From sequence record PP301341.1: a stretch of 64,000 nucleotides of DNA, one strand, 5' to 3'. The stretch is from Escherichia phage UE-S5b. Positions 28,780 through 37,653 of this stretch are shown one piece after another (positions within the stretch are counted from its first letter, which is position 1; the number at the start of each line of letters is the position of its first letter). Both the position numbers and the translations under genes were made by a program. The notes under the pieces were generated by a model. That model saw only the letters and a program-made list of their open reading frames with translations, ran no database searches and was not told the origin of the DNA.

Positions 28780-29640
28780 ATAGGGGAGTCATGCCAGGCT
28801 TTAACTGGCTCCTTCTTCGCAATCCTTACATACCCCTACATAATTATTGCGTTAAGCTTTTTTGTTTAAGTTTAAGTGAAGGCGTTCTTGCTGACTCATA
28901 ATAGAGTGGGCGTTTGACGAATGACTAGTTCGTTACTACCCGTTTGCCATAAGTACCTGGCGACTTTGGTTTGAGGTGGGAGTCCGAGTCCTGTACAGCC
29001 TTACCGTTCACACATTGGCAGCGTATCTAGAGTTGCACTTCCGGCAACTGGATTTAACTGTTACACCTCAAATAGGCAGTGGGGGATGGAATCGAACCAT
29101 CAGTATTAAGTCTTATTCGTGCACCAAGCACGCTAGTAGATTACTCTACCGGAGGGAATCGAACCCTATCTACTTCACCAGACCCACCATAATTCTTCCA
29201 ATTTAGAGTAGCATTGTCACGGTGGGTGCTTTAAATGCCGGGAAACATTTAAATATACAATGCTACTTTGAATTGGTTATCAGTGAAGGATTCGAACCTC
29301 CGGTTGGAGTCTATAGCTTACCGCAGCAGCCCTCCAATCTAGCGGTGTCACACTTAGTCCAAACTTGAACATGTCAAGCCATCTCGTGCAACTGATAATT
29401 GGTTCCGGCGTCTGGACTCGAACCAGAACACTCATGCCGTGCACGACACTAGTACCTACACCGGAATTAATTGCCAGGGATTCCACCTGGCTCCATCTGT
29501 TTTTATAGTCACTCAGATATCGTCTGGACTGTAGGCATGGGTGGGAATCGAACCCACAAACCATTCAGCACTGTAGCCTCACGCTCTACCTATTTGAGCT
29601 ATCACATACCATTGATTAACTCCCCGTTTCTAATACATGG
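28780..29640 (-). other. array of tRNA-like elements (at least five more T-arm signatures), several with non-canonical lengths
   Basis: T-arm signatures on - strand at 29085-29101, 29152-29168, 29285-29301, 29411-29427 and 29541-29557. Perfect acceptor-type 7 bp pairings at 29278-29284/29391-29397 (120 nt apart) and 29404-29410/29459-29465 (66 nt element ending in CCA). A D-arm-like GCTC-AAATAGGTA-GAGC lies near 29585-29601. Confidence 0.4.
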
Positions 29641-29649
29641 ACGGGGACA

Positions 29650-30290
29650 CTCCACGGTCGTTTGATAATCAGGACGACTCACTCCTGACTGACGCTTGGC
29701 TTATTAGGCTGCCATCAGAACAACATCATCGTTTGCATTTATGTTATTGGTTCGTTTCTAAAAAACCGCATAATCGCTTACGAAAACTATCAAAGAGTAC
29801 ACTAGCTCTGGGCCACGCTTGTGGANATCGGCCTACCTTCCACAGCTAATCAACTAATGCACTCACTGATAGCCCATAATAGGGGGGAGGGGACGAATCC
29901 TCCCTTTATACCCTATATTGCATGTAAGATCTAACAGTTCGATGTTGTAGGTAGCTAGGCTATCCGACATTTAACCCAGCCCATATAGGGGCTTATGTGA
30001 TTAGAATGCTCAACATTGAGCGGTTAGTTTGATAAGGGATCTGAAGCCTTATCCTAAAGATACTAACCTTTGGGATATAGCCTAAGATTCAGAAATGGCC
30101 CCTATAGGAAGAGGCCATTGATTAACCCGAATGTTGCTTTACATTTTCTGTGATAACCGATTCTTAAAATAGTCTGTCTGACGGATGGGGGGCCACCCCT
30201 AGCGTCAGTGCCATACGGCAAAGATTAAGTTAAGAAAGGTTATGATAGGAGTTCCTATCTCAAAGGATTCTAACAGAACCCTTCACGATA
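29650..30290. promoter_or_regulatory. non-coding region with repeated GCCCATA(A/T)AGGGG-type palindromic motifs and hairpins
   Basis: Motif at 29871-29892 and 29978-29993 and in inverted orientation at 30097-30108 within hairpin AATGGCC...GGCCATT; GGGG-CCA-CCCC at about 30187-30198; no convincing ORF. Confidence 0.3.
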
Positions 30291-30461
30291 TTAACTACTC
30301 TTTTTTAATGCCTTTACTTCACCATCTTTATACCAAGCATATGGTATTAAGATTTTGCAACCTTCTGAATCAATGTGGAATGCTTTGTTCCCTTCAACAG
30401 GTTCTCCACCCACGAAAGAACTAACCTTTCCATTGAGCCAGTGAATAGTAAATTTGTTCAT
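30291..30461 (-). CDS. small hypothetical protein (56 aa), not in ORF track
   Basis: Hand translation MNKFTIHWLNGKVSSFVGGEPVEGNKAFHIDSEGCKILIPYAWYKDGEVKALKKSS; no clear Shine-Dalgarno (NN upstream). Confidence 0.3.
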   Translation of the reverse strand: MNKFTIHWLNGKVSSFVGGEPVEGNKAFHIDSEGCKILIPYAWYKDGEVKALKKSS

Positions 30462-30692
30462 GTTAACCNNGTTTGAACCAATCCCCTTCNGAGAGTATTA
30501 AAGGGGACTGGTTCGGTTGTTGTTATTCTGGCGGCTTGTCACCACCGTGTTTACCACTGCATTTCCACAGGATAATGACAGTGATGATAAAAGCTATGTA
30601 TGGAGCCGACACGTCTATAATCCTGACCAGTAGTAGCATCAGGACTATAAACACTACCACACCTAGCAGCAGCTTCTGAGCCACCTACCAGA

Positions 30693-31136
30693 TTAACTAC
30701 GTTTAAGGCCAGCGAACAGTGAAGGTTTCGCAGCAGGTTTCTCTGCTGGTTCTTCAGCCTTAACCTCTTCCTGCACAACTTCTTCTTGTGCTTCTGGTTC
30801 AGTTACTGCTTCTTCTTCAGGTTCCGGCGTAGAACTCTCGTTCGGACCACCAGTAGAGGTCTGGATTTCTTCTCCCTTTACCNCTTCAACCACTTCTTCT
30901 GGTTCCGGTTCTACCGGACGGTGTTTAGCTTCCTGAGGGTTCTTACGAGAACGACGTGTCTTCTTCTCTACCAAGGGCGGAGTATCATCGTTATGACTTA
31001 CCTCTTCGTTAATACCAACGGAGGCTGTACCATCTGCATTGATGACAATACTAATGTCTCCAGCAAGATTGATTTGATCATCGACATAAGCCTGTACAGC
31101 AGCTTCTACTTCGGACTGGTTCAAAATGATTTGCAT
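30693..31136 (-). CDS. acidic low-complexity protein, hypothetical
   Basis: 147 aa, Glu/Pro-rich C-terminal half (PEPEEEAVTEPEAQEEVVQEEVKAEEPAEKPAAKP). Confidence 0.5.
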   Translation of the reverse strand: MQIILNQSEVEAAVQAYVDDQINLAGDISIVINADGTASVGINEEVSHNDDTPPLVEKKTRRSRKNPQEAKHRPVEPEPEEVVEXVKGEEIQTSTGGPNESSTPEPEEEAVTEPEAQEEVVQEEVKAEEPAEKPAAKPSLFAGLKRS

Positions 31137-31137
31137 A

Positions 31138-31692
31138 TTACGCCTTTATTAAATTAAGAAGGTTTTGGAAAGCTGGGAGATTTACACCAGCGTGGATTGC
31201 ACCGATTGCATCTGCTAAGTGCTCATTCTTATTCAGAAGTTTACCTTTTTTATCTGTGAGCCAGTTGGCTTCTGGATAGATAGCATGGGCAGCACGAATC
31301 ATCGTGTCTTTGGATGCAGTTTTATCACCGACCAGTGCAAGTTTATTTTCAATTGGGGATACTTCAAAGATTGGACAACCCAATGCACGAAATGCACCAA
31401 TTAATCCTACGCATACGCCATAGGATTTCATACCGTTAGCAGACTGAGAGCCTACTGGTACTTCTACGAATACTGCTTTAGCAGACCGTAACCATTCTTC
31501 ACAACCAAGAAACAAATCGTGAGCGGCTTGTATATCTTTGGAGTTGGTTCGAACTTGTTTGTTGTGGTCAACTTCAGTTTGAACCAGTTTAAGTTCGACC
31601 TGCTCGAAGACGCCGGACTCAATGTCCAGCATCCCACGAGCTAAACCCCAATTGCGGAGACTAATGTCTGCACCAACAATTGGGATTTTCAT
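31138..31692 (-). CDS. RuvC-like Holliday junction resolvase
   Basis: N-terminal MKIPIVGADISLRNWGLARG and C-terminal EHLADAIGAIHAGV resemble the RuvC/RNase H-fold resolvase pattern. Confidence 0.6.
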   Translation of the reverse strand: MKIPIVGADISLRNWGLARGMLDIESGVFEQVELKLVQTEVDHNKQVRTNSKDIQAAHDLFLGCEEWLRSAKAVFVEVPVGSQSANGMKSYGVCVGLIGAFRALGCPIFEVSPIENKLALVGDKTASKDTMIRAAHAIYPEANWLTDKKGKLLNKNEHLADAIGAIHAGVNLPAFQNLLNLIKA

Positions 31693-32489
31693 TAACGTTT
31701 ACCGAACAGTGATTTACCACCAGCAGGAGCAGTACCCGTGCCAGCACTTGGTTTAGGAGGCAAGCCACCTTTGCCATTACCACCAGCAGAACCCTTGGTC
31801 TTATCACGGGTTTTACCCTTGTTCTTTTCTAACCATGCTGCATAAAATACAGCCAGTTCTGGGGTCAGTTCTTTCTCAGCCTTCTCTGCTTCCTGAGCCT
31901 CGACGACTGTGACCAGCAGTTCCGGGTGAAACACTTTCTGAATCTCGTTTACTTCACGGGTTTCACCGGAATCAACGTAACCGTTGTCACCCTTAACCTG
32001 CTTAGATTCCAGAACCTTTTCCAGGGCGAAGGTAACAGTCTGACCAACCAGGTCTACTGGAACCATGACAGATTTATTAACTTCTGCTTTAGCATCGAAG
32101 TCATAGACTTTAACAATCTTCTCTTCGAAGTCAGCTTCAGGCAGTTCCGTACCGGTAGCCATCAGCATCATGTCGTTAATGACGGTGTATCCCGGCAGGA
32201 AGTATTCTTTACCGTTCTTCTCGTAAGTAGGCTTATTGCCTTTAGAATTACCAGAAGTGAAGTACACCTGTGAACGGAACTCGCCAGCATCATTACCATC
32301 AGAACCTTTCAGGTTTTCAATGATTAACTGCATCCAGTCTGCACCAGAGTCAGCTTTACCTACGTAAGCTACTTTTACAGTACCGGTGTAGATATCTGAC
32401 TCCTTTGCACCGAAGCCACCACCACCAAGGGAGTCTTTTACAGCTTCAACGTTTTTGGTTTTTTCTTTCAAGTTACTGAACAGTGACAT
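31692..32489 (-). CDS. single-stranded DNA-binding protein (N4 gp45-like)
   Basis: 265 aa; Gly-rich termini; position after the primase and ATPase genes matches N4 SSB; assignment mainly by synteny and size. Confidence 0.55.
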   Translation of the reverse strand: MSLFSNLKEKTKNVEAVKDSLGGGGFGAKESDIYTGTVKVAYVGKADSGADWMQLIIENLKGSDGNDAGEFRSQVYFTSGNSKGNKPTYEKNGKEYFLPGYTVINDMMLMATGTELPEADFEEKIVKVYDFDAKAEVNKSVMVPVDLVGQTVTFALEKVLESKQVKGDNGYVDSGETREVNEIQKVFHPELLVTVVEAQEAEKAEKELTPELAVFYAAWLEKNKGKTRDKTKGSAGGNGKGGLPPKPSAGTGTAPAGGKSLFGKR

Positions 32490-32529
32490 AATATTTTTCC
32501 TAATAAGTGATTAACAACCAGGCAAACGC

Positions 32530-33282
32530 TTAAGCGTAGTATTCAGCCAGATGGTCTAAGAGTTTCTGGGCATCATTATCAATGTAAGTCTCAGACTTAT
32601 CGAACATACCCATTGGGGAACGTAGACGTTTACCAACAGACTTCTTGGTTGGGCGAGTCTGGAATACGTGCTTATAACCTAAGTCACGTTCTTCTTCGGT
32701 AATTTCAAGCATCTTGTTGCCATACTTCTCCAGCTCTTTAATGTCTACACGCTCTGCGTAAACCACTGTAGAGAAGTAAGCCTCAAGACCATTGTTCTTC
32801 AGAGAACCTTTCACTGGGATGAATGTTTTAATCACACCAGCAGCTTCGTCGAGTTCATCTTTGGCATGGGCAGTAATAATTACTGGCTTACCAAATTTAA
32901 CAACTTTCTGTTGCAGCAGTATTTTAAAGAACTGTGCAAAATCTCCCCATGCCTTCTGAGTATTAGCAGATGGCAGTACATACTGAGATTCCAGCATATC
33001 CATCATGAAGGTAGCAGAGTCGATAATGATTCCATCAACATCGTCTGCCATTTCACCACCTGGGGATGCAACATCAAATGCTTCCCAAATCTGATATGGG
33101 TCTTCAATGTTGTAGGTATTGAATTTGTTACGGAAGGGTAGACGTTTGCCCGCTTCAGTATTCAGATATAGCCAGCGTTCCTGGTTCCTGATGTTACGCA
33201 GTGATGCTGATTTACCACTCGCTGAGAATCCTGCAATCAGGATTAGCTGAGTGTTCATATCATTGGAGATTTCTTCGGACAT
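32530..33282 (-). CDS. RecA-fold ATPase (Sak4-like/AAA_24-like)
   Basis: Walker A GFSASGKS, Walker B-like GIIIDS. Confidence 0.6.
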   Translation of the reverse strand: MSEEISNDMNTQLILIAGFSASGKSASLRNIRNQERWLYLNTEAGKRLPFRNKFNTYNIEDPYQIWEAFDVASPGGEMADDVDGIIIDSATFMMDMLESQYVLPSANTQKAWGDFAQFFKILLQQKVVKFGKPVIITAHAKDELDEAAGVIKTFIPVKGSLKNNGLEAYFSTVVYAERVDIKELEKYGNKMLEITEEERDLGYKHVFQTRPTKKSVGKRLRSPMGMFDKSETYIDNDAQKLLDHLAEYYA

Positions 33283-33338
33283 TATTTTTCCTCGTTTAAT
33301 TTAGGAGTCCTTCAAACCAAAGAAAGACTCCTGTTTAC

Positions 33339-35492
33339 TTATTTGCCAGCGTAGCGTTTAGCCACGGTGACCATTACGGTTGCATTCAATTCATCATCTG
33401 GTAATGGATTAGCCAGTTTCTTATTGAATGTGTGGACGGCTTGCTGTACTTGAGCAAAGTCCCAACCACTGTCAACCAATGCCAGTGCGTACTTAATCAT
33501 TTGATTATTACGATTACCGGAGGCAATACGACTAGCGAACCAACGCTCCAGATTATCCAACGACTGTACTTCCTTCATCTGGTTCTGGAACTGCTCGTTC
33601 TTACTAGTACGAGGAATAAAGTCACGCACATCTAACAGATTCGCATCAAGATTGTAATGATAGGAACCAGTCTCACAGGACATCCACTTCTTGGCTCGTT
33701 GGTTAGCAGACTCATCTGTTTCAAATGGTAGCCAAGCCATAACGTTATTCATGAACTCTTTGTATTCCTCAGTGTCGAGGTGTAACTCATAGTTCATTGG
33801 AATAATCAGACGGAAGCGGTTCTCTTCATCAGTATGACGCTTGGTGGTATAGGTCATGAACTTATATTCCTTCATTAGTTCATGGCACGTATGCAGGGGT
33901 ACTCCACCATCACAGTCAATAACAATCATGTTAAATCCTGGGATAACATTTTCTTCAGAACGATGCCCATTCTTCATGTGATGGTTTACCCAGTGCATAC
34001 CGGGAGCTTGGGTTAATACATGCAACTGGTCGAACGGTACACGTTCACCAATGTAGTCATAAGCAAAGCTATCACTATACGCCACAATCATCTCATTGAT
34101 GTCTGTCTCTTTAAGAGTTTCACCACGGAAGAACTCAATACCTTCATTGAAGGTCTTCTTAATGATGATGTGCTGCTTGTAACCCCATGCTGTAGCAAGA
34201 GTCATCATCTCATTACGAGCTGCATTACCACTCTTATAGAATGGTAAAGACTCCACCAAATCAGCATGGGTTACTTCTTTACCTACAGAAGCAATGTACT
34301 TAGCCAGCTTCACATAAGCCTTCTCACGATTGAGGATTGTCTGAAATGCTGCTCCAGATTCTTCTACAAGCAGAATTGCTTGTTTAAGGTGGGTCATCTC
34401 AATGAATGAACTTTGGTCAACAAACGCCAGTGCACCTGCCAGCTTAAGTGCTTTGAAATAACGGTGAGAAATTTCAGCTTTACGAATATCTTCATGGTCA
34501 GCCATAGCTTCTGCTTGCTTCTCACAATCAATTTTGTAAGCAATCAGAGCAATACCCACGGCATCTTCTACAACCATCTTAAAACCAAACAGGTTTGGGT
34601 CAGCCAGACTATGGAAATGGTTAGCCCACTTATCAAGAGTCTGTACGTTATCTTGTTTAATCAGGTTACGGTAGATTTCTTCCGGGGTTAGTGTTGCATG
34701 TGCTCTCTTGTCTAAGTGACCAGTAGCAAACAGACAGCGACGTGCATACCCTATATCGAGAAAGCCATAGAACTGGTCTTCAGTCTGACCACCATCCAGC
34801 AGCTTACTCGGAGTACCGAACAGCAGCAGGTTAGTTGGAGTTTTTCCATCCAATTCTTCACCACGAACGCTTTCAGCAGTATTCTTGGTTAGCTTCTGTT
34901 TTACTTTTCCCTGGTCATATAACTCCAGGAATAGGGTTAGTACATCCATGTTAGCCAACAGGTTCGAACCAATTTCATCAATCTGAAGATTGATTGAACC
35001 ACACCCAGCCATTAACAGCTTATGCCGTAGCTGTTTAACTGCTGGTGGAGTACCAGAGTCAAACGTAAACGGATATGCCCCGGCACGTTTATACTCTGCT
35101 TCAACTTTATCAAACTCTTCCTGCTGGTCAGTACCCTGACGAGCAGAACGTTCGTTAGCAATCTTCCATAGACGATCATTTGCAATGACGGGCATGGTGT
35201 CTTCCATAAAGCGTTTACGGAAGCCAGACATGAACCCGTCTTCAATGATATTTACTGAGTGACCTTTACCGAAACCAGATGTAGCCAACGCTATAGCGTA
35301 GATGTTTACCGGCAGGTCACCACGGTCTTTAGTTACAATGGTTGCACCCATGCAGGATGCCATTTTAGCCAAGAAGTAGGCTACTTCGACACGGAAGAAT
35401 CCCCGGTCATTATTCTGGGTTTTATTGCAGAGCACATCTACGATTTCTTCAATCGCCTGATGATGCACTACTCCGGTAAGGTCAATACTCAT
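33339..35492 (-). CDS. DNA primase with C-terminal PriCT-1-like domain (N4 gp43-like)
   Basis: About 717 aa from ATG 35492; VIDCDGG motif; C-terminal segment NQMIKYALALVDSGWDFAQVQQAVHTFNKKLANPLPDDELNATV resembles primase C-terminal domain. Confidence 0.6.
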   Translation of the reverse strand: MSIDLTGVVHHQAIEEIVDVLCNKTQNNDRGFFRVEVAYFLAKMASCMGATIVTKDRGDLPVNIYAIALATSGFGKGHSVNIIEDGFMSGFRKRFMEDTMPVIANDRLWKIANERSARQGTDQQEEFDKVEAEYKRAGAYPFTFDSGTPPAVKQLRHKLLMAGCGSINLQIDEIGSNLLANMDVLTLFLELYDQGKVKQKLTKNTAESVRGEELDGKTPTNLLLFGTPSKLLDGGQTEDQFYGFLDIGYARRCLFATGHLDKRAHATLTPEEIYRNLIKQDNVQTLDKWANHFHSLADPNLFGFKMVVEDAVGIALIAYKIDCEKQAEAMADHEDIRKAEISHRYFKALKLAGALAFVDQSSFIEMTHLKQAILLVEESGAAFQTILNREKAYVKLAKYIASVGKEVTHADLVESLPFYKSGNAARNEMMTLATAWGYKQHIIIKKTFNEGIEFFRGETLKETDINEMIVAYSDSFAYDYIGERVPFDQLHVLTQAPGMHWVNHHMKNGHRSEENVIPGFNMIVIDCDGGVPLHTCHELMKEYKFMTYTTKRHTDEENRFRLIIPMNYELHLDTEEYKEFMNNVMAWLPFETDESANQRAKKWMSCETGSYHYNLDANLLDVRDFIPRTSKNEQFQNQMKEVQSLDNLERWFASRIASGNRNNQMIKYALALVDSGWDFAQVQQAVHTFNKKLANPLPDDELNATVMVTVAKRYAGK

Positions 35493-36618
35493 GATGGAAA
35501 ATATCTCTCTCTTTGTTTGCAAATGGATGCGACAGGGCAGTATAAACAACGCTTAACCTGCCCCTCCACGACCTTGATAGCACCCTTGCCACCTTTTTCA
35601 GCCATGAAGATACGAGCAGATGCCATATCGTCAAAGTTTTTGGTACTTCTGGCTCCAGGCATATCTACCTTAGAAGCATCAGAGAAGTATTTGAACTGTG
35701 GCTCTGTTCGCCACAACTCCTCGTCAGTACATTCAGGAATTTCCTCTTCAGGAGCATCCCAGTACTTTTCGATGAGATGTATCTTCTCTTCTACCCAACG
35801 TTCAGTCTTATCGACAGATAACAACGGAATATCCTTATGCATAATACGATTAGCAGGATAGTTCGGATTGCTATTAGCCATGTGTTTCATGAAGTCAGTG
35901 AAGATGTAGTTAATACGGATTACATCCTCGGTAATGATGTCGTTGTGAATCCAACGGTACAAGCTACCTTGCATCTTGTGTTCATCATCACGGGAACCAG
36001 CAACCCAGGAATAGGTTGAGGTAGACTTAAAGTCTTGCAATAGACCTTCTGTTACGATGTCGAACTTACCCCCGATAGTCCAACCCTTAACTACCCTGGT
36101 TCCACGTTGTTCAATGTAGATTGGGATAAGGTCAGGGTTAGCATCAAAGTCTGCTTTGGTTGGGTTAATGACTACTGCATCAATTACTCGCTGAGGGTAA
36201 CCCAACTTCTTCAATGCAGTCTTATGTCCTAGCTTCCAGGCTTTCTCGATAGAATCATGCAAGCCAGTACCCATTGATGTGGAGACNTAGCATCAAAGTC
36301 TGCTTTGGTTGGGTTAATGACTACTGCATCAATTACTCGCTGAGGGTAACCCAACTTCTTCAATGCAGTCTTATGTCCTAGCTTCCAGGCTTTCTCGATA
36401 GAATCATGCAAGCCAGTACCCATTGATGTGGAGACGAAATCCATAACATCAATAGACTGGTCACTAAGGTCTACACGATGTTTCATGACGATTTGCTTAA
36501 GTGGCTTAAGCAATGTAGTTACAGACAGATACTTGGGATTGTCTACATAATCATACTCGTCATGTAATAGCCATACAGCCAGGGCCAGCGAGACATCATG
36601 GTTGTTGGTTATCTTCAT
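35489..36618 (-). CDS. PD-(D/E)XK nuclease (Cas4/RecB-like), reading frame split by a tandem duplication
   Basis: Track ORFs 35489-36274 and 36229-36618 share identical peptide MGTGLHDSIEKAWKLGHKTALKKLGYPQRVIDAVVINPTKADFDA; contains QGSLY (QhxxY-like) motif and C-terminal CLYCPVASIC cysteine cluster. Confidence 0.55.
36139..36435. repeat. perfect tandem duplication (2 x 148 bp) with N at the junction (36287)
   Basis: Unit TAGCATCAAAGTCTGCTTTGG...GATGTGGAGAC at 36139-36286 and again at 36288-36435. Confidence 0.85.
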
Positions 36619-37348
36619 CAGTAAGTAATCCTGTATCTATGCACCTGGTTCCAACGAATACTCTCTACCTCATCGAAGCTATAGCTGACTATGTTATCTA
36701 GTTCACCTTTGTACGCTACCTCAATGAACTGAAAGTTCACTGTTAGATAAGGCTTTCCATTCCCCGGGTAATGCCAGCATCTCCCAGTAGCAGTGATATC
36801 TGTGGCAGGTAATTCATCTACTAACTTCTCTTTAGTAAGAATACGATTAGCGTAATGAACCAATTTCTCACAGTCATAAACTGAAGTGTTTCCAGGTTTA
36901 CCATTACCCATACGGGCAGCAGCATTTCGCCATAGAGCTTTAAAGGCACAACCTTCATCGAAGGTCATGCCCAGTGCTTGGATAATATCCTCACACTCTG
37001 CTNTGTTAGATAAGGCTTTCCATTCCCCGGGTAATGCCAGCATCTCCCAGTAGCAGTGATATCTGTGGCAGGTAATTCATCTACTAACTTCTCTTTAGTA
37101 AGAATACGATTAGCGTAATGAACCAATTTCTCACAGTCATAAACTGAAGTGTTTCCAGGTTTACCATTACCCATACGGGCAGCAGCATTTCGCCATAGAG
37201 CTTTAAAGGCACAACCTTCATCGAAGGTCATGCCNAGTGCTTGGATAATATCCTCACACTCTGCTTGGTATGGCTCTTGCTCTTTCCGTTGGGGATTCTT
37301 AATTGTAACTACATAGTAGTTATTAAGACCACCGGAGAGCTTAGTCAT
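36618..37348 (-). CDS. DUF3310-like protein, reading frame split by a tandem duplication
   Basis: Track ORFs 36618-37043 and 36965-37348 share peptide AECEDIIQA.GMTFDEGCAFKALWRNAAARMGNGKPGNTSVYDCEKLVHYANRILTKE, resembling the DUF3310 pattern as I recall it. Confidence 0.5.
36741..37266. repeat. tandem duplication (2 x 263 bp) with N at the junction (37003) and one N in copy 2 (37235)
   Basis: Unit TGTTAGATAAGGCTTTCCATTCCCCGGG...CACACTCTGCT at 36741-37003 and repeated at 37004-37266. Confidence 0.85.
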
Positions 37349-37653
37349 TATTCCCCCTTGGGAATCATGTTTGCCTGGAACTCTGGTTCAGACATCAGGC
37401 CCAGGTTGTTAATAGATAGATAAACAATATCTTTCAAATCAACTGAGGTATCGAAACGCTGATCCAGACTAATCTTCAGTGAGTGATTGGCACGAGCCAA
37501 ATCTTTATAGGTCACATGAGGTTCGTCAGTGAGCAGCATTGTGTTCATGGTAAGCAGGGAGCCATCATCAGCTTTAGGAAGCTGGAAGATTACCTGTGCT
37601 GCCACCATCCAATGATACTTTTTGACTACAGTTTCTTTAGTACTTTTGGTCAT
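37348..37653 (-). CDS. hypothetical protein
   Basis: 101 aa ORF, start overlaps the DNA polymerase stop. Confidence 0.45.
   Translation of the reverse strand: MTKSTKETVVKKYHWMVAAQVIFQLPKADDGSLLTMNTMLLTDEPHVTYKDLARANHSLKISLDQRFDTSVDLKDIVYLSINNLGLMSEPEFQANMIPKGE

Noticed and set aside
28689-29665. ORF-track ORFs inside the tRNA array (28689-28901 +, 28976-29206 +, 29471-29665 +, 29280-29564 -)
   Set aside because: Their translations are made of tRNA arm sequences (for example the T-arm CAGGATTCGAACCTGCG), have no Shine-Dalgarno and non-protein-like composition; the region is better explained by RNA genes.
29878-29905. Possible additional tRNA T-arm in GGGAGGGGACGAATCCTCCC
   Set aside because: The loop does not match the T-loop consensus and no acceptor or D-arm could be paired; treated as a regulatory hairpin instead.
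30473-30778. ORFs 30473-30679 (+) and 30551-30778 (-)
   Set aside because: Low-complexity or Cys/His-rich translations overlapping each other, with no ribosome-binding sites.
35489-37348. Four separate overlapping genes (35489-36274, 36229-36618, 36618-37043, 36965-37348)
   Set aside because: Pairs share identical peptide segments created by exact tandem duplications with N at the junction; treated as two genes disrupted by probable assembly artefacts.
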